Shown piece after piece: positions 41,808 through 50,844 of a stretch of 64,000 nt of DNA. The notes under the pieces were generated by a model. The model saw only the letters and a list, made by a program, of their open reading frames with translations. It did no database searches and had not been told where the DNA came from. Source of the DNA: Candidatus Cloacimonadales bacterium. Its GTDB lineage: Bacteria > Cloacimonadota > Cloacimonadia > Cloacimonadales > JAIOQZ01. The stretch is taken from NCBI GenBank assembly GCA_963665815.1, contig OY762463.1:1600001-1664000 (forward strand). Direction: 5' to 3'. Position 1 is the first letter of the stretch. Each line of letters starts with the position of its first letter. A program made the translations under genes and the position numbers.

Positions 41808-42048
41808 TGAGGGAATTATCTATTATTTATTGTTATTTAGAATTTGAAGATTGACCACCAAGAAGGTCGTCAATGTAAGCATTTGAAGAGTGAACACTTG
41901 ATGCATGTGCAACGTCGCATTCACAGACTGATTTTCTGCCTTTAACTTCGTTTTCATCACTTGTTGTAACAGGGCTAGAAACTACATCATAAGTACTTGT
42001 CATACATTTCTCCTTAGATATTATAATTAGTTGTTGATAATTCCCTCA
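41808..42048. repeat. Perfect 13-bp inverted repeat bracketing the precursor gene
   Basis: TGAGGGAATTATC at 41808-41820 and GATAATTCCCTCA at 42036-42048. Confidence 0.85.
41833..42003 (-). CDS. Putative RiPP precursor peptide, 56 aa: MTSTYDVVSSPVTTSDENEVKGRKSVCECDVAHASSVHSSNAYIDDLLGGQSSNSK
   Basis: Manually translated and absent from the ORF track. SD AAGGAG 6 nt before ATG; TAA at 41833-41835; same strand and directly upstream of propeller and rSAM genes. Confidence 0.8.
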   Translation of the reverse strand: MTSTYDVVSSPVTTSDENEVKGRKSVCECDVAHASSVHSSNAYIDDLLGGQSSNSK

Positions 42049-42100
42049 TTTCCATACATAATTGCCTTTTGAGCATGTATGACAATTATCAAACACCATA

Positions 42101-42133
42101 AGACAATAAAAAGTATTTTTTTTTACATGTCAA
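42101..42133 (-). promoter_or_regulatory. Putative promoter for the precursor operon
   Basis: TTGACA (42133-42128) followed by an AT-rich -10-like region (TTTATTGTCT). Confidence 0.4.
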
Positions 42134-42362
42134 TTTTATTTTCTTCAGAATATTTCTTAATGGTAAATTTAATTTTCCCCTTTCATTTTCATAGATTTTA
42201 AAAACAAGCATGATATTTTACATGAAAAATATCAGGACTGGAATTACGGTACCCTAATTAAAGAATAATTACCTCAAATGTATATTTCACACTTATAGAA
42301 GCAAATAAAACTACACTAACTCAAAAACTCGTATTACTGAAGTAGAGTAGATAAAATCCCAC

Positions 42363-42400
42363 AACAGGAGTTCAGAAATTTTTCGGACTCCTGTTTTTTT
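42363..42400. terminator. Intrinsic terminator-like hairpin separating the FGase gene from the peptide operon
   Basis: aacaggagttc...ggactcctgttttttt. The long U-tail is on the plus strand, so termination of the minus-strand FGase transcript is less certain. Confidence 0.6.
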
Positions 42401-42409
42401 CTCGAAAAC

Positions 42410-43177
42410 TTACCCAAAATGCTTTGTAATTGCCTGAACACCTTTCTGCAGGATTTCTCTCAGTTGTAATTGTTTTTCGGAATCCACTTCTCCTGTCCAT
42501 TCATCCATAAAAGTTTTCTTAAACTCAATTGCCAGACACATTGCGTTATCGGGATAAAAATGATTAATCCAACGAGGGAAATATCCGCCGGGGAACTTCA
42601 CATTTACCCTGGCATCAATCTTATGGTCATCATAAGTCTCTTCCAGCATAGCTTGCTGGAATTCTTTCACGATAGGAAACCACTTCTCATCAAGATTGCT
42701 TGTTCCAATAATTATTTCAGGGTTCTTTTCAGGATCATCATATTCCTGCCCCGGTCCTAACCTGTGATGATTATAAGAATGTATATCCAGCACCAGAAAT
42801 TTACCGAACCTTTTCCTCATCTCATCCAGATGATACTTGATTCCTTTATAGAAATCGTCATATATCGCAAGGCTTGCCTGTACCTGTTCTTCTGAGGGTT
42901 GGACTTTTCTGACAGTCATACCCCAGGCATCCTCCGGTTTTATATAGACAGCTCTGTCTCGAGGTCTGTTTAGATCGGTTTCAAAACGACTGAACTCGGC
43001 AATAACCGTATTCTTGCATATTTCTGTAAAAAAAGCTGTAAACGGATCTTCTTCTCTGAGCTGATCAGCATCGGAAATACCCAGATTAGCTTTTGTTAAT
43101 TCGTTGAGTTTATGGCCGTTATGCACGGCAGTACATATAAAGGGTTCCTGATATGTAAATGTTGATATTGCAGACAT
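42410..43177 (-). CDS. N-formylglutamate amidohydrolase family protein
   Basis: AVHNGH, REEDPFT, SRF.TDLNR, DIHSYNH, FPGG, IEFKK. Confidence 0.88.
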   Translation of the reverse strand: MSAISTFTYQEPFICTAVHNGHKLNELTKANLGISDADQLREEDPFTAFFTEICKNTVIAEFSRFETDLNRPRDRAVYIKPEDAWGMTVRKVQPSEEQVQASLAIYDDFYKGIKYHLDEMRKRFGKFLVLDIHSYNHHRLGPGQEYDDPEKNPEIIIGTSNLDEKWFPIVKEFQQAMLEETYDDHKIDARVNVKFPGGYFPRWINHFYPDNAMCLAIEFKKTFMDEWTGEVDSEKQLQLREILQKGVQAITKHFG

Positions 43178-43330
43178 AGTTCATCCTTTCTTACTATTAA
43201 TGCTTTGATGGATTTTTTTTATAATATGATAAATGGCAAGATTTTTATTATTAATTCACAAAAATAAGTTTACTTGATTGTTAGACCCCACTGAACTGTT
43301 CTTCATTATGGGTTCAGATCTTCTAAAAAC

Positions 43331-43514
43331 GGTTCCGCTCCTGACGGAGCAACTAACCTATTGAATTATTTGTAGACGTTACCAAAAGTTAAAATATTAT
43401 AGATATTGTACAAAGCACTATTATCTGTTTTTATCCACAAGCCTGCTCCGGAGGAGCTATATGTTTGTAGCAATCTTTAACACAAAAAGACATATTAACT
43501 CCGTAGGAGTGACC
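43331..43514. repeat. Cluster of three REP-like palindromes
   Basis: GCTCCTGACGGAGC (43337-43350, inverted), GCTCCGGAGGAGC (43445-43457), AACTCCGTAGGAGTGA (43497-43512). Confidence 0.7.
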
Positions 43515-43649
43515 CTTTTAATCAGCCCAATTAAACAAATATTTTTCATTATATTCAATATCAAATTTGTTTAAGAACTCTATATATTCCTGTCTAAATG
43601 TTTTCCTTTCATTTTGAGGTAGAAAAATCATTTTATTGCTTTTGTTCTA

Positions 43650-44399
43650 CTAATCAATATCCATTACTTCCACAGCAAATTGAGTATGACCATTATGGCA
43701 ATACTTGTCTATTAAGTATACTTTATCGCCCTGTTGATTTGCATATGCATAAACATAATCCGGATATTCTACCATTCCTGATTCCTGCCCTGTCTTAACC
43801 AGAAATTTACTTATAGGTTCACTTTCAATTAAATCATATGTATGATAATCATAAACATAGAAACCGGGACGAAAGTATCCTCCGAAACTTAGACTGGTAA
43901 TTAATATTTTACCGACATCCCCAGTACAGTCTAAGCTATATATACCCGGATTACTTATCATACCAACCTGTTGCATATCTGTTTCTTCTGAATCTGATAA
44001 GCTTATCACGTATCCACCAGGTAAAATAGCTTTTTCCCCGGACTCAGGAATATACATTTTGTTCAAGTCAGAGGGAAACTCACCATGATACTGCCATTCA
44101 TATAGGAATTTTGCAGGACCATTACTGATGTCATATTTATTCAGGTGTCGAGGAGAATATATTGTACTGAATGAGTAAATACTGTTTCCCGAAGGATGAA
44201 TATACAGATTTGATCTGGTTCTGAATTCAAAATCACTCAAAACAACCTGTTCACTTGCCAGGTCTATGGACATTAACAAATCATCCTCTCCATCATCTGC
44301 AGAAGCGTAAGCCCATCCATTTGAGGACATTACAAGCCTCCATGGTTTTAAGGGCAATGTATAATCATTTAATACAAACCATTTATTAACATGTCCACT
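43650..44399 (-). pseudogene. Probable 5'-truncated beta-propeller protein remnant
   Basis: Frame is open back to 44399 with no ATG or SD at the start and no signal peptide; propeller-like 'SSNGWAY', 'IHPSGNSIY', 'KYDISNG...YHG'. Confidence 0.5.
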
Positions 44400-44832
44400 T
44401 CAGATCAGAGTCATATTTTTTTACATTTTGTTGATTATAAAAACTATGAGTCAAGTAAATTTTCATGACTTTGCTCCCTGTTCTTTTAAAGTCTTTTTTC
44501 AAAATATCCGGAAGTTGTTTTCAGCAGACATTCCAGAAAAATGTTCTACCTGATAAATTCATGAGGGAGAGTTTTGACCTCAATCAGATCGAGTGTATTG
44601 ATCATGAAATTATATATAATATTTAAACTATCCATAATCTTATACCACAAATCATAAGTCTTTTCTTAACATTTTATGGTGGTAAAACATTCTAAAATAG
44701 TCAGTCTACATCACAATTCTATTTAGTTTCTATGAATTCCTGAAAAATTATTTACAGACTATAATATAGAAAATGTACATTATTATGACATTATGGTTTG
44801 TTTGGGGAAAATATATTAAGTGGTCAGAAAAA

Positions 44833-44908
44833 TGGGGTGGCTGATGGGACTCGAACCCACAACGCCTGGAACCACAATCCAGTGCTCTACCATTGAACTA
44901 CAACCACC
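44833..44908 (-). tRNA. tRNA-His (GUG)
   Basis: GGTGGTTGTAGTTCAATGGTAGAGCACTGGATTGTGGTTCCAG...GGTTCGAGTCCC...CCA, including G-1. Confidence 0.95.
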
Positions 44909-44917
44909 ATTGAAAAA

Positions 44918-44994
<77 letters not shown>

Positions 44995-45035
44995 GCTTAT
45001 CAAAAAAAACTGCTCGCCTTTAACGACAAGCTCTA

Positions 45036-45112
45036 TGGTAGCGGCGCAGGGACTCGAACCCCGGACACTCGGATTATGATTCCGATGCTCTAACCAACTG
45101 AGCTACGCCGCC
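45036..45112 (-). tRNA. tRNA-Met (CAU), probably elongator
   Basis: GGCGGCGTAGCTCAGTTGGTTAGAGCATCGGAATCATAATCCGA...ACCA; Ile2 identity not fully excluded. Confidence 0.9.
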
Positions 45113-45126
45113 GCGTATTTAATAAA

Positions 45127-45203
<77 letters not shown>

Positions 45204-45313
45204 ATGACTTCGCCCATATTTCTTTTGCCGATTTTTGTGTCAAGAAAAAATCGAAAATAATTTCGCTTGACGAATAACCATTCATTTGAAATACTAAATT
45301 TTTGAGGAAAAGA

Positions 45314-46810
45314 ATGTTTAGCGAAATAATTATAAATGTACATCCGTTTGAAAAACGGGTAGCCATCCTGGAAGACCATAAGTTGGTTGAGCTGTTTGTA
45401 GAAAAGAAACAGCAGGAGAATATTGTTGGTAATATCTATAAAGGTATTATCAAAGACATACTCCCTGGGATGGGTGCGGCCTTTGTAGATATAGGACTCG
45501 AAAGAACAGCATTCCTGCATTTCTCAGATATCGCTCCGGAATATCTTGATGGTTTCCATAATAAAAAACGTCAGAAAGGTAACGGTAGCGAAACGATTGC
45601 AAAATTCCTGAAAGAAGGTCAGGAAATTGTTGTCCAGATACAGAAAGGTCCTATAGGTAAAAAAGGAGCACGTCTTACGGGACAAATTTCTATTCCAGGA
45701 AAATTCCTGGTGTACTTCCCTAATAAGAAAAAGGTAGCTCTTTCCCGTAAGATTTCTTCGCACGCAGAAAGAAACAGAATAAAGGGAATAATTAATAAAG
45801 TTAAACATGATAATGTCGGTCTTATTATAAGAACTGATGCCGATGGAAACTCCGAAGAAGAATTCAAAGCTGAATATGACGGACTTCATAAAACCTGGAA
45901 GTTTATTGAAAAACAGACAAAGTATGAAGTCGCTCCCAGTTGCCTATACTCGGAAGGTAATCTTTTCAGTACTCTCATCAGAGACTTATTCAGCACTAAT
46001 ATAGATAGGCTTATTGTTGATGATAAACTTTTTAAATCTCAACTTGTTTCCAGCCTGAGAGCTGCTGCTCCTGAGCTGGTTAACAAAATGGAGCTATACT
46101 CTGAGGATTCTCCTATTTTTGATGCCTATGGAATTGAAAAAGAGATAAAGAGTATGTTTAATGCACGGTGTAATCTGCCAAGTGGTGGAAATATCGTGAT
46201 TGAACAGACCGAAGCACTATGTGCTATTGATATCAACACAGGAAGTTTTACAGGCTCCAGAAATTATCAGGAGACTGTGCGCAGAACTAATGTTGAAGCG
46301 GCGGCAGAAGCTGCCAGACAGATTCGACTCAGGAATCTGAGTGGGATAATGGTAATAGATTTCATAGATATGCTTGACGAAAATAATAAGAATGAAGTTT
46401 TGGAAACATTAAGAGCTATCCTCAAGAGGGATAGAGCTAAAAATAAAGTCTTTCCTTTCGGACCTCTCGGCCTGGTGCATATTACCAGAAAGAGAACAAG
46501 ACAAAATCTGCTGGTCTCTTATTCAGAGCACTGTCCATGCTGTAAGGGAACCGGTAGAGTAATGGCACGCGATTCTGTTGCCATGCAGATATACAGATGG
46601 CTGAGCAGATCGGAGTATTTTATCAGAAACACTCCCCTGCGAATCGTTGTCCACCCGAATGTGAAAGCATTTCTAGATAAAAACCCTACATATTTCATCG
46701 ATATTCCTAACGATATATTTATTGTTTCAGAGGAAGACTTTAAACCCGATCAGTACAAGATCTTCAATAATCGAAATAATAAAGAAATTACAGCGAAATT
46801 TTCTACTTAG
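45314..46810 (+). CDS. rng: Ribonuclease G/E family
   Basis: GNIYKG, GMGAAFVDIG, KGARLT, IDINTG, RLRNLSG, IDFIDM, CPCCKGTG. Confidence 0.95.
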   Translation: MFSEIIINVHPFEKRVAILEDHKLVELFVEKKQQENIVGNIYKGIIKDILPGMGAAFVDIGLERTAFLHFSDIAPEYLDGFHNKKRQKGNGSETIAKFLKEGQEIVVQIQKGPIGKKGARLTGQISIPGKFLVYFPNKKKVALSRKISSHAERNRIKGIINKVKHDNVGLIIRTDADGNSEEEFKAEYDGLHKTWKFIEKQTKYEVAPSCLYSEGNLFSTLIRDLFSTNIDRLIVDDKLFKSQLVSSLRAAAPELVNKMELYSEDSPIFDAYGIEKEIKSMFNARCNLPSGGNIVIEQTEALCAIDINTGSFTGSRNYQETVRRTNVEAAAEAARQIRLRNLSGIMVIDFIDMLDENNKNEVLETLRAILKRDRAKNKVFPFGPLGLVHITRKRTRQNLLVSYSEHCPCCKGTGRVMARDSVAMQIYRWLSRSEYFIRNTPLRIVVHPNVKAFLDKNPTYFIDIPNDIFIVSEEDFKPDQYKIFNNRNNKEITAKFST

Positions 46811-46992
46811 GCTTACCGACATGAAAATGTCTCGGATTCAGTGATCAAGCCAAATACTGTATGTTCGTTAGTTAAAAATGATATATGAAGGATAAATAGT
46901 GACAATAGAATTAGATAATTGCTTGACAATCAGTCTAAAGGAAAATTTATTGTCTACTTTATATGTGAATGTAAGCACTAAAGGAGATAGAA

Positions 46993-47307
46993 ATGTTTGC
47001 AATAGTTGGATTTAAAGGACACCAGTTCAGAGCTGAAAAAGGCAAATCCATCAAAGTTCCTTTCCTTGGCGACATGGAAGAAGGAAAATCATTTGAGATT
47101 TCAGATGTTCTGATGCTCAAAGATGATGCAGATGTGATAGTCGGACGTCCAACTGTAGCTAATGCTAAAGTTGTGGCTGAAGTTGTTGCTCATAAAAAAG
47201 ATAAAAAGATAATTGTATTTAAGAAGAAACGCAGAAAAGGTTATCGTGTGAAAAACGGTCACCGTCAGAATTTTACAGAAATCAAAATTACTGATATTGT
47301 GAAATAG
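46993..47307 (+). CDS. rplU: 50S ribosomal protein L21
   Basis: [15 protein letters not shown]. Confidence 0.97.
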   Translation: MFAIVGFKGHQFRAEKGKSIKVPFLGDMEEGKSFEISDVLMLKDDADVIVGRPTVANAKVVAEVVAHKKDKKIIVFKKKRRKGYRVKNGHRQNFTEIKITDIVK

Positions 47308-47323
47308 GTACAAAGGAAGTATT

Positions 47324-47584
47324 ATGGCTCATAAAAAAGGTGTTGGTAGTAGTAAAAACGGTCGGGACAGTAATCCGCAATATCTTGGTGTCAAAAGATA
47401 TGATGGCGAATACGTACTTGCTGGAAATATCCTTGTAAGACAAAGAGGATCCAAAATAAAGCAAGGTAAAAACGTTGGTGTTGGAAGAGATTATACCATT
47501 TTCAGTTTAATCAACGGATACGTAAAGTTTGAAACTAAAGCAGCTGGCAGAAAATTTGCCAATGTGTATCCCGATAAAGTATAA
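47324..47584 (+). CDS. rpmA: 50S ribosomal protein L27
   Basis: [16 protein letters not shown]. Confidence 0.98.
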   Translation: MAHKKGVGSSKNGRDSNPQYLGVKRYDGEYVLAGNILVRQRGSKIKQGKNVGVGRDYTIFSLINGYVKFETKAAGRKFANVYPDKV

Positions 47585-47603
47585 TTTTAAAAAAAATCAT
47601 GTG

Positions 47604-47630
47604 AAGGCAGTTCTAACTGCCTTTTTTTTT
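47604..47630 (+). terminator. Intrinsic terminator
   Basis: aaggcagtt-ct-aactgcc-ttttttttt. Confidence 0.8.
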
Positions 47631-47696
47631 ATGCTGAATTTTCTGGAATATTATAATAAATCAATACACAAAACATCATGGAGGTAGGTACAAATC

Positions 47697-49349
47697 ATGA
47701 CTTGTAATGAATTTGTAACTAATGTAAGTACATTGATTGAAAAACATCATAATGTGCTTGAAAATGTCTCAAGGAATACTCTCATACAAGAGAGTATTGA
47801 CAACGGCGAAACCATGGTTTCTAAGAATGGGTCATTAGTCACCTGGACGCCTAAAGAATCAACCGGCAGAAGCCCTAAGGATACATATATTGTATCTCAT
47901 GAAGAATCTAAAGGTACAATTGACTGGGATTCTCCTAATAACATCGCTCTTAGCCCTGAAACATTTGATTTGCTGTTTGAGGATGCTTTAGACACGTTAT
48001 CTAAAAAAAACAAGATATACGTGACTGATCGTGTTATCGGTGCTGATGTAAAGTATGCTCTGCCTACAAAAACCATTACTGACAAAGCTGTTAGCGCATT
48101 ATTCACTGACAATATGTTCAGACCGGTTCATGAGGATATCAACAAAAGCGTATTCCATAACAATGGTTTTACTCTTATTCTCGTTCCGGATGATAAACTC
48201 AATGCAGATAAGTATTGCGGTCGTCTCAGAGAATGCAAACCGGGTCAGACATCAAACATGGCAATAGCTATTGATTTTGACAGAAGAATCGGTATTGTAT
48301 ACGGTTCTCAGTACTGCGGCAGTGCTAAAAAACTAATGTTTACAGTAATGAACTATTACCTTCCTGATGTTGGTGTTCTGCCTTTACATTGTTCAGCAAA
48401 TGAAGGCAAGAATCAGGATTCAGCATTATTACTCGGTCTATCCGGAACAGGAAAAACTACCCTCTCAGCAGATCCAAACAGAGCTCTTCTTGGTGATGAT
48501 GAGCATGGATGGAGCGATGATGGTATCGCGAACTTCGAAAATGGATGTTATGCAAAACTTATTAATCTTAATAAGGAAAAAGAACCTGAAATTTACAATG
48601 CTGTTTTCCATGACGATGATTACCTCAATCATGGTTCAATTGTTGAAAACTGTATGATGTATCCTGACGGAACATTCGATCTCGATGATGAACGAATCAC
48701 CCCTAACTCCAGAGGATCATACCCACTGGAATTCTTATCTAACATCAAACCGGAATCTGTCGCAGGACATCCTAAGACAATACTGTTCCTCACTGCTGAT
48801 GCGAATGGGGTTATCCCTCCAATATCCAGATTGAATGCGGATCAGGCTATGCTCTGGTTCCTCATGGGATACACAAGTAAACTCGCCGGAACTGAAACAG
48901 GTATTACAGAACCGGTATCAACTTTCTCAAGATTCTTTGGCGAACCTTTCATGCCGCGTAATCCTGATGTTTATGCTAACATGCTTGGTGAAAAGATGAA
49001 AGAATTTGGTACTAAGGTTTATCTTGTGAATACAGGCTGGAGTCACGGACCATACGGTGTTGGTTCCAGAATGGATATAAACCTGACAAGAACTCTTGTA
49101 AATTGCGCTCTTGACGGTACACTTGAAAAAGCTGAATATACTAAAGATGATATCTTCCATCTTGAAGTTCCTGTAAAATTACCGGGAATAGACTCTGATG
49201 TTCTTATTCCAAGAAATACCTGGCAGGATGAAGATGCTTTTGACAAGAGAGCAGCAAAACTTGCAGAAGATTTCGCAAAACATTTCGATAAAGCATATGG
49301 CAATAAAAACCTCGGTGAAAACATCGAGAAACAATGCCCGGGTAAATAA
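47697..49349 (+). CDS. pckA: Phosphoenolpyruvate carboxykinase (ATP)
   Basis: TGRSPKD, HCSAN, GLSGTGKTTLS, GDDEHGW, GCYAK. Confidence 0.96.
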   Translation: MTCNEFVTNVSTLIEKHHNVLENVSRNTLIQESIDNGETMVSKNGSLVTWTPKESTGRSPKDTYIVSHEESKGTIDWDSPNNIALSPETFDLLFEDALDTLSKKNKIYVTDRVIGADVKYALPTKTITDKAVSALFTDNMFRPVHEDINKSVFHNNGFTLILVPDDKLNADKYCGRLRECKPGQTSNMAIAIDFDRRIGIVYGSQYCGSAKKLMFTVMNYYLPDVGVLPLHCSANEGKNQDSALLLGLSGTGKTTLSADPNRALLGDDEHGWSDDGIANFENGCYAKLINLNKEKEPEIYNAVFHDDDYLNHGSIVENCMMYPDGTFDLDDERITPNSRGSYPLEFLSNIKPESVAGHPKTILFLTADANGVIPPISRLNADQAMLWFLMGYTSKLAGTETGITEPVSTFSRFFGEPFMPRNPDVYANMLGEKMKEFGTKVYLVNTGWSHGPYGVGSRMDINLTRTLVNCALDGTLEKAEYTKDDIFHLEVPVKLPGIDSDVLIPRNTWQDEDAFDKRAAKLAEDFAKHFDKAYGNKNLGENIEKQCPGK

Positions 49350-49358
49350 ATAAACTTT

Positions 49359-49385
49359 GGCTGCTGATTCTTCGGCAGCCTTTTT
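49359..49385 (+). terminator. Intrinsic terminator
   Basis: ggctgctga-ttct-tcggcagcc-ttttt. Confidence 0.7.
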
Positions 49386-49393
49386 CTTCTATT

Positions 49394-50116
49394 ATGTTTG
49401 ACTACGGTATCATCGATTCACATATCCACCTGACAAATAAAAGAGTTATATCTAACTTCTCAGAGTCCATTTCCTTGGCTTTAGACAAGAATATTACAGG
49501 ATTTATCGGTTGTGCATTAACGAAATCGGATATTCAGTTGTATTCAGAACTTAAAGATACAAAGCTGCATTATACTGCAGGATTTCATCCTTACGAGAAA
49601 ACTGATGATTCTCTTACATTTGATAACATAGTAAAGTTATGCGATCAAAAGAAAATCTGCGGAATTGGAGAAATTGGTCTGGACAAAAGAAACTCTGACC
49701 TCGAATCACAAGTCAGTCTATTCAAAACACAACTTGATATTGCGAAACAATACAATCTACCTGTTGTAATTCACTGTGTAAAAAGCTATTATGAGATACT
49801 TAAGATTATCAAGCAGGACTTTCCGTCAATACGAGGATATTTCCATAGTTTTGGCGGATCTACAGATGTTATTGATAATGTATTAAAGACTAACCTGATG
49901 ATGAGTACCGGCAACAATACTCTCGCTAAGAAAAAAGTACTGCCTGAGATCATCAAGTCAGGAAGATACATTTTCGAGTCTGATGCTCCGTTTACGAACG
50001 GTTTTTACTCAACTCCGCATATTCTGAAGGTTAATGAGATAATAAATGCTGTACAGGAAGACAGAGACAAGCTAATTGAGATTCAGTACAAAAATATCTG
50101 CGAGGTATACAAATAG
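49394..50116 (+). CDS. tatD: TatD family hydrolase
   Basis: DSHIH, GFHP, GEIGLD, IHC, HSF, ESDAP. Confidence 0.9.
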   Translation: MFDYGIIDSHIHLTNKRVISNFSESISLALDKNITGFIGCALTKSDIQLYSELKDTKLHYTAGFHPYEKTDDSLTFDNIVKLCDQKKICGIGEIGLDKRNSDLESQVSLFKTQLDIAKQYNLPVVIHCVKSYYEILKIIKQDFPSIRGYFHSFGGSTDVIDNVLKTNLMMSTGNNTLAKKKVLPEIIKSGRYIFESDAPFTNGFYSTPHILKVNEIINAVQEDRDKLIEIQYKNICEVYK

Positions 50117-50844
50117 TGGATCAGTTTCACAGATTAACTCTTATCTATGGTGAAGACTACGTCAGAAGGATTGCTGAAAAACGCGTGGTAATTATCGGTC
50201 TGGGCGGTGTTGGTTCTTACGCTGCCGAAATTCTGGTTAGAAGCGGATTCAGTAATATCCTGCTTGTAGACTTTGATAAGGTCAAGGTGACGAACCTTAA
50301 CAGGCAGATAATCGCTCTTCACAGCACAATTGGTAAACAGAAAACCGAAGTGATGCAGGAAAGAATGCTGGATATAAATCCGGAAGCGAACATAGAAATT
50401 ATGACGGATTTCTGCTCTGACGAAACAATGCCTGATATCCTCAAAGATGCTGATTTTGTGATTGATGCCATAGACAGCGTTGTACCTAAGACAAACCTGA
50501 TTGTTAAACTGCACACTGAGAAAATACCGTTTATCTCTGTAATGGGAGCAGGTGGAAAAACCGATCCATCCAAAATTGCACAGGCAGATCTGTTTAAAAC
50601 CCAGAACTGCGCCTTAGCGAGAAGAATCCGCAAATACCTGCGACGACGCGGTATAAAGAGTAAGGTTCCGGTGATATACTCCTCAGAAGTAACAACTCTG
50701 CATTCCCATGAAATGGAAGATCAGGAGAGGACATCCACGCGGGGACGCTCCCGTAACCTGATCAGTTCTGTTGCCTATTTACCGGCTATTATGGGCTGCT
50801 GGGCAGCGGGATATGTGCTGGAGTTTTTTAGAGAGCAAGATTAG
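50116..50844 (+). CDS. tcdA: tRNA threonylcarbamoyladenosine dehydratase (ThiF family)
   Basis: GLGGVGS, NLNRQ, DAID, MGAGGK.DP. Confidence 0.9.
   Translation: MDQFHRLTLIYGEDYVRRIAEKRVVIIGLGGVGSYAAEILVRSGFSNILLVDFDKVKVTNLNRQIIALHSTIGKQKTEVMQERMLDINPEANIEIMTDFCSDETMPDILKDADFVIDAIDSVVPKTNLIVKLHTEKIPFISVMGAGGKTDPSKIAQADLFKTQNCALARRIRKYLRRRGIKSKVPVIYSSEVTTLHSHEMEDQERTSTRGRSRNLISSVAYLPAIMGCWAAGYVLEFFREQD

Noticed and set aside
43331-43514. Possible mini CRISPR array
   Set aside because: Units are not identical, differ in orientation and spacing, and no cas genes are present
39000-44908. Prophage or integrative element at tRNA-His
   Set aside because: No integrase, phage genes or duplicated tRNA 3' end found by eye
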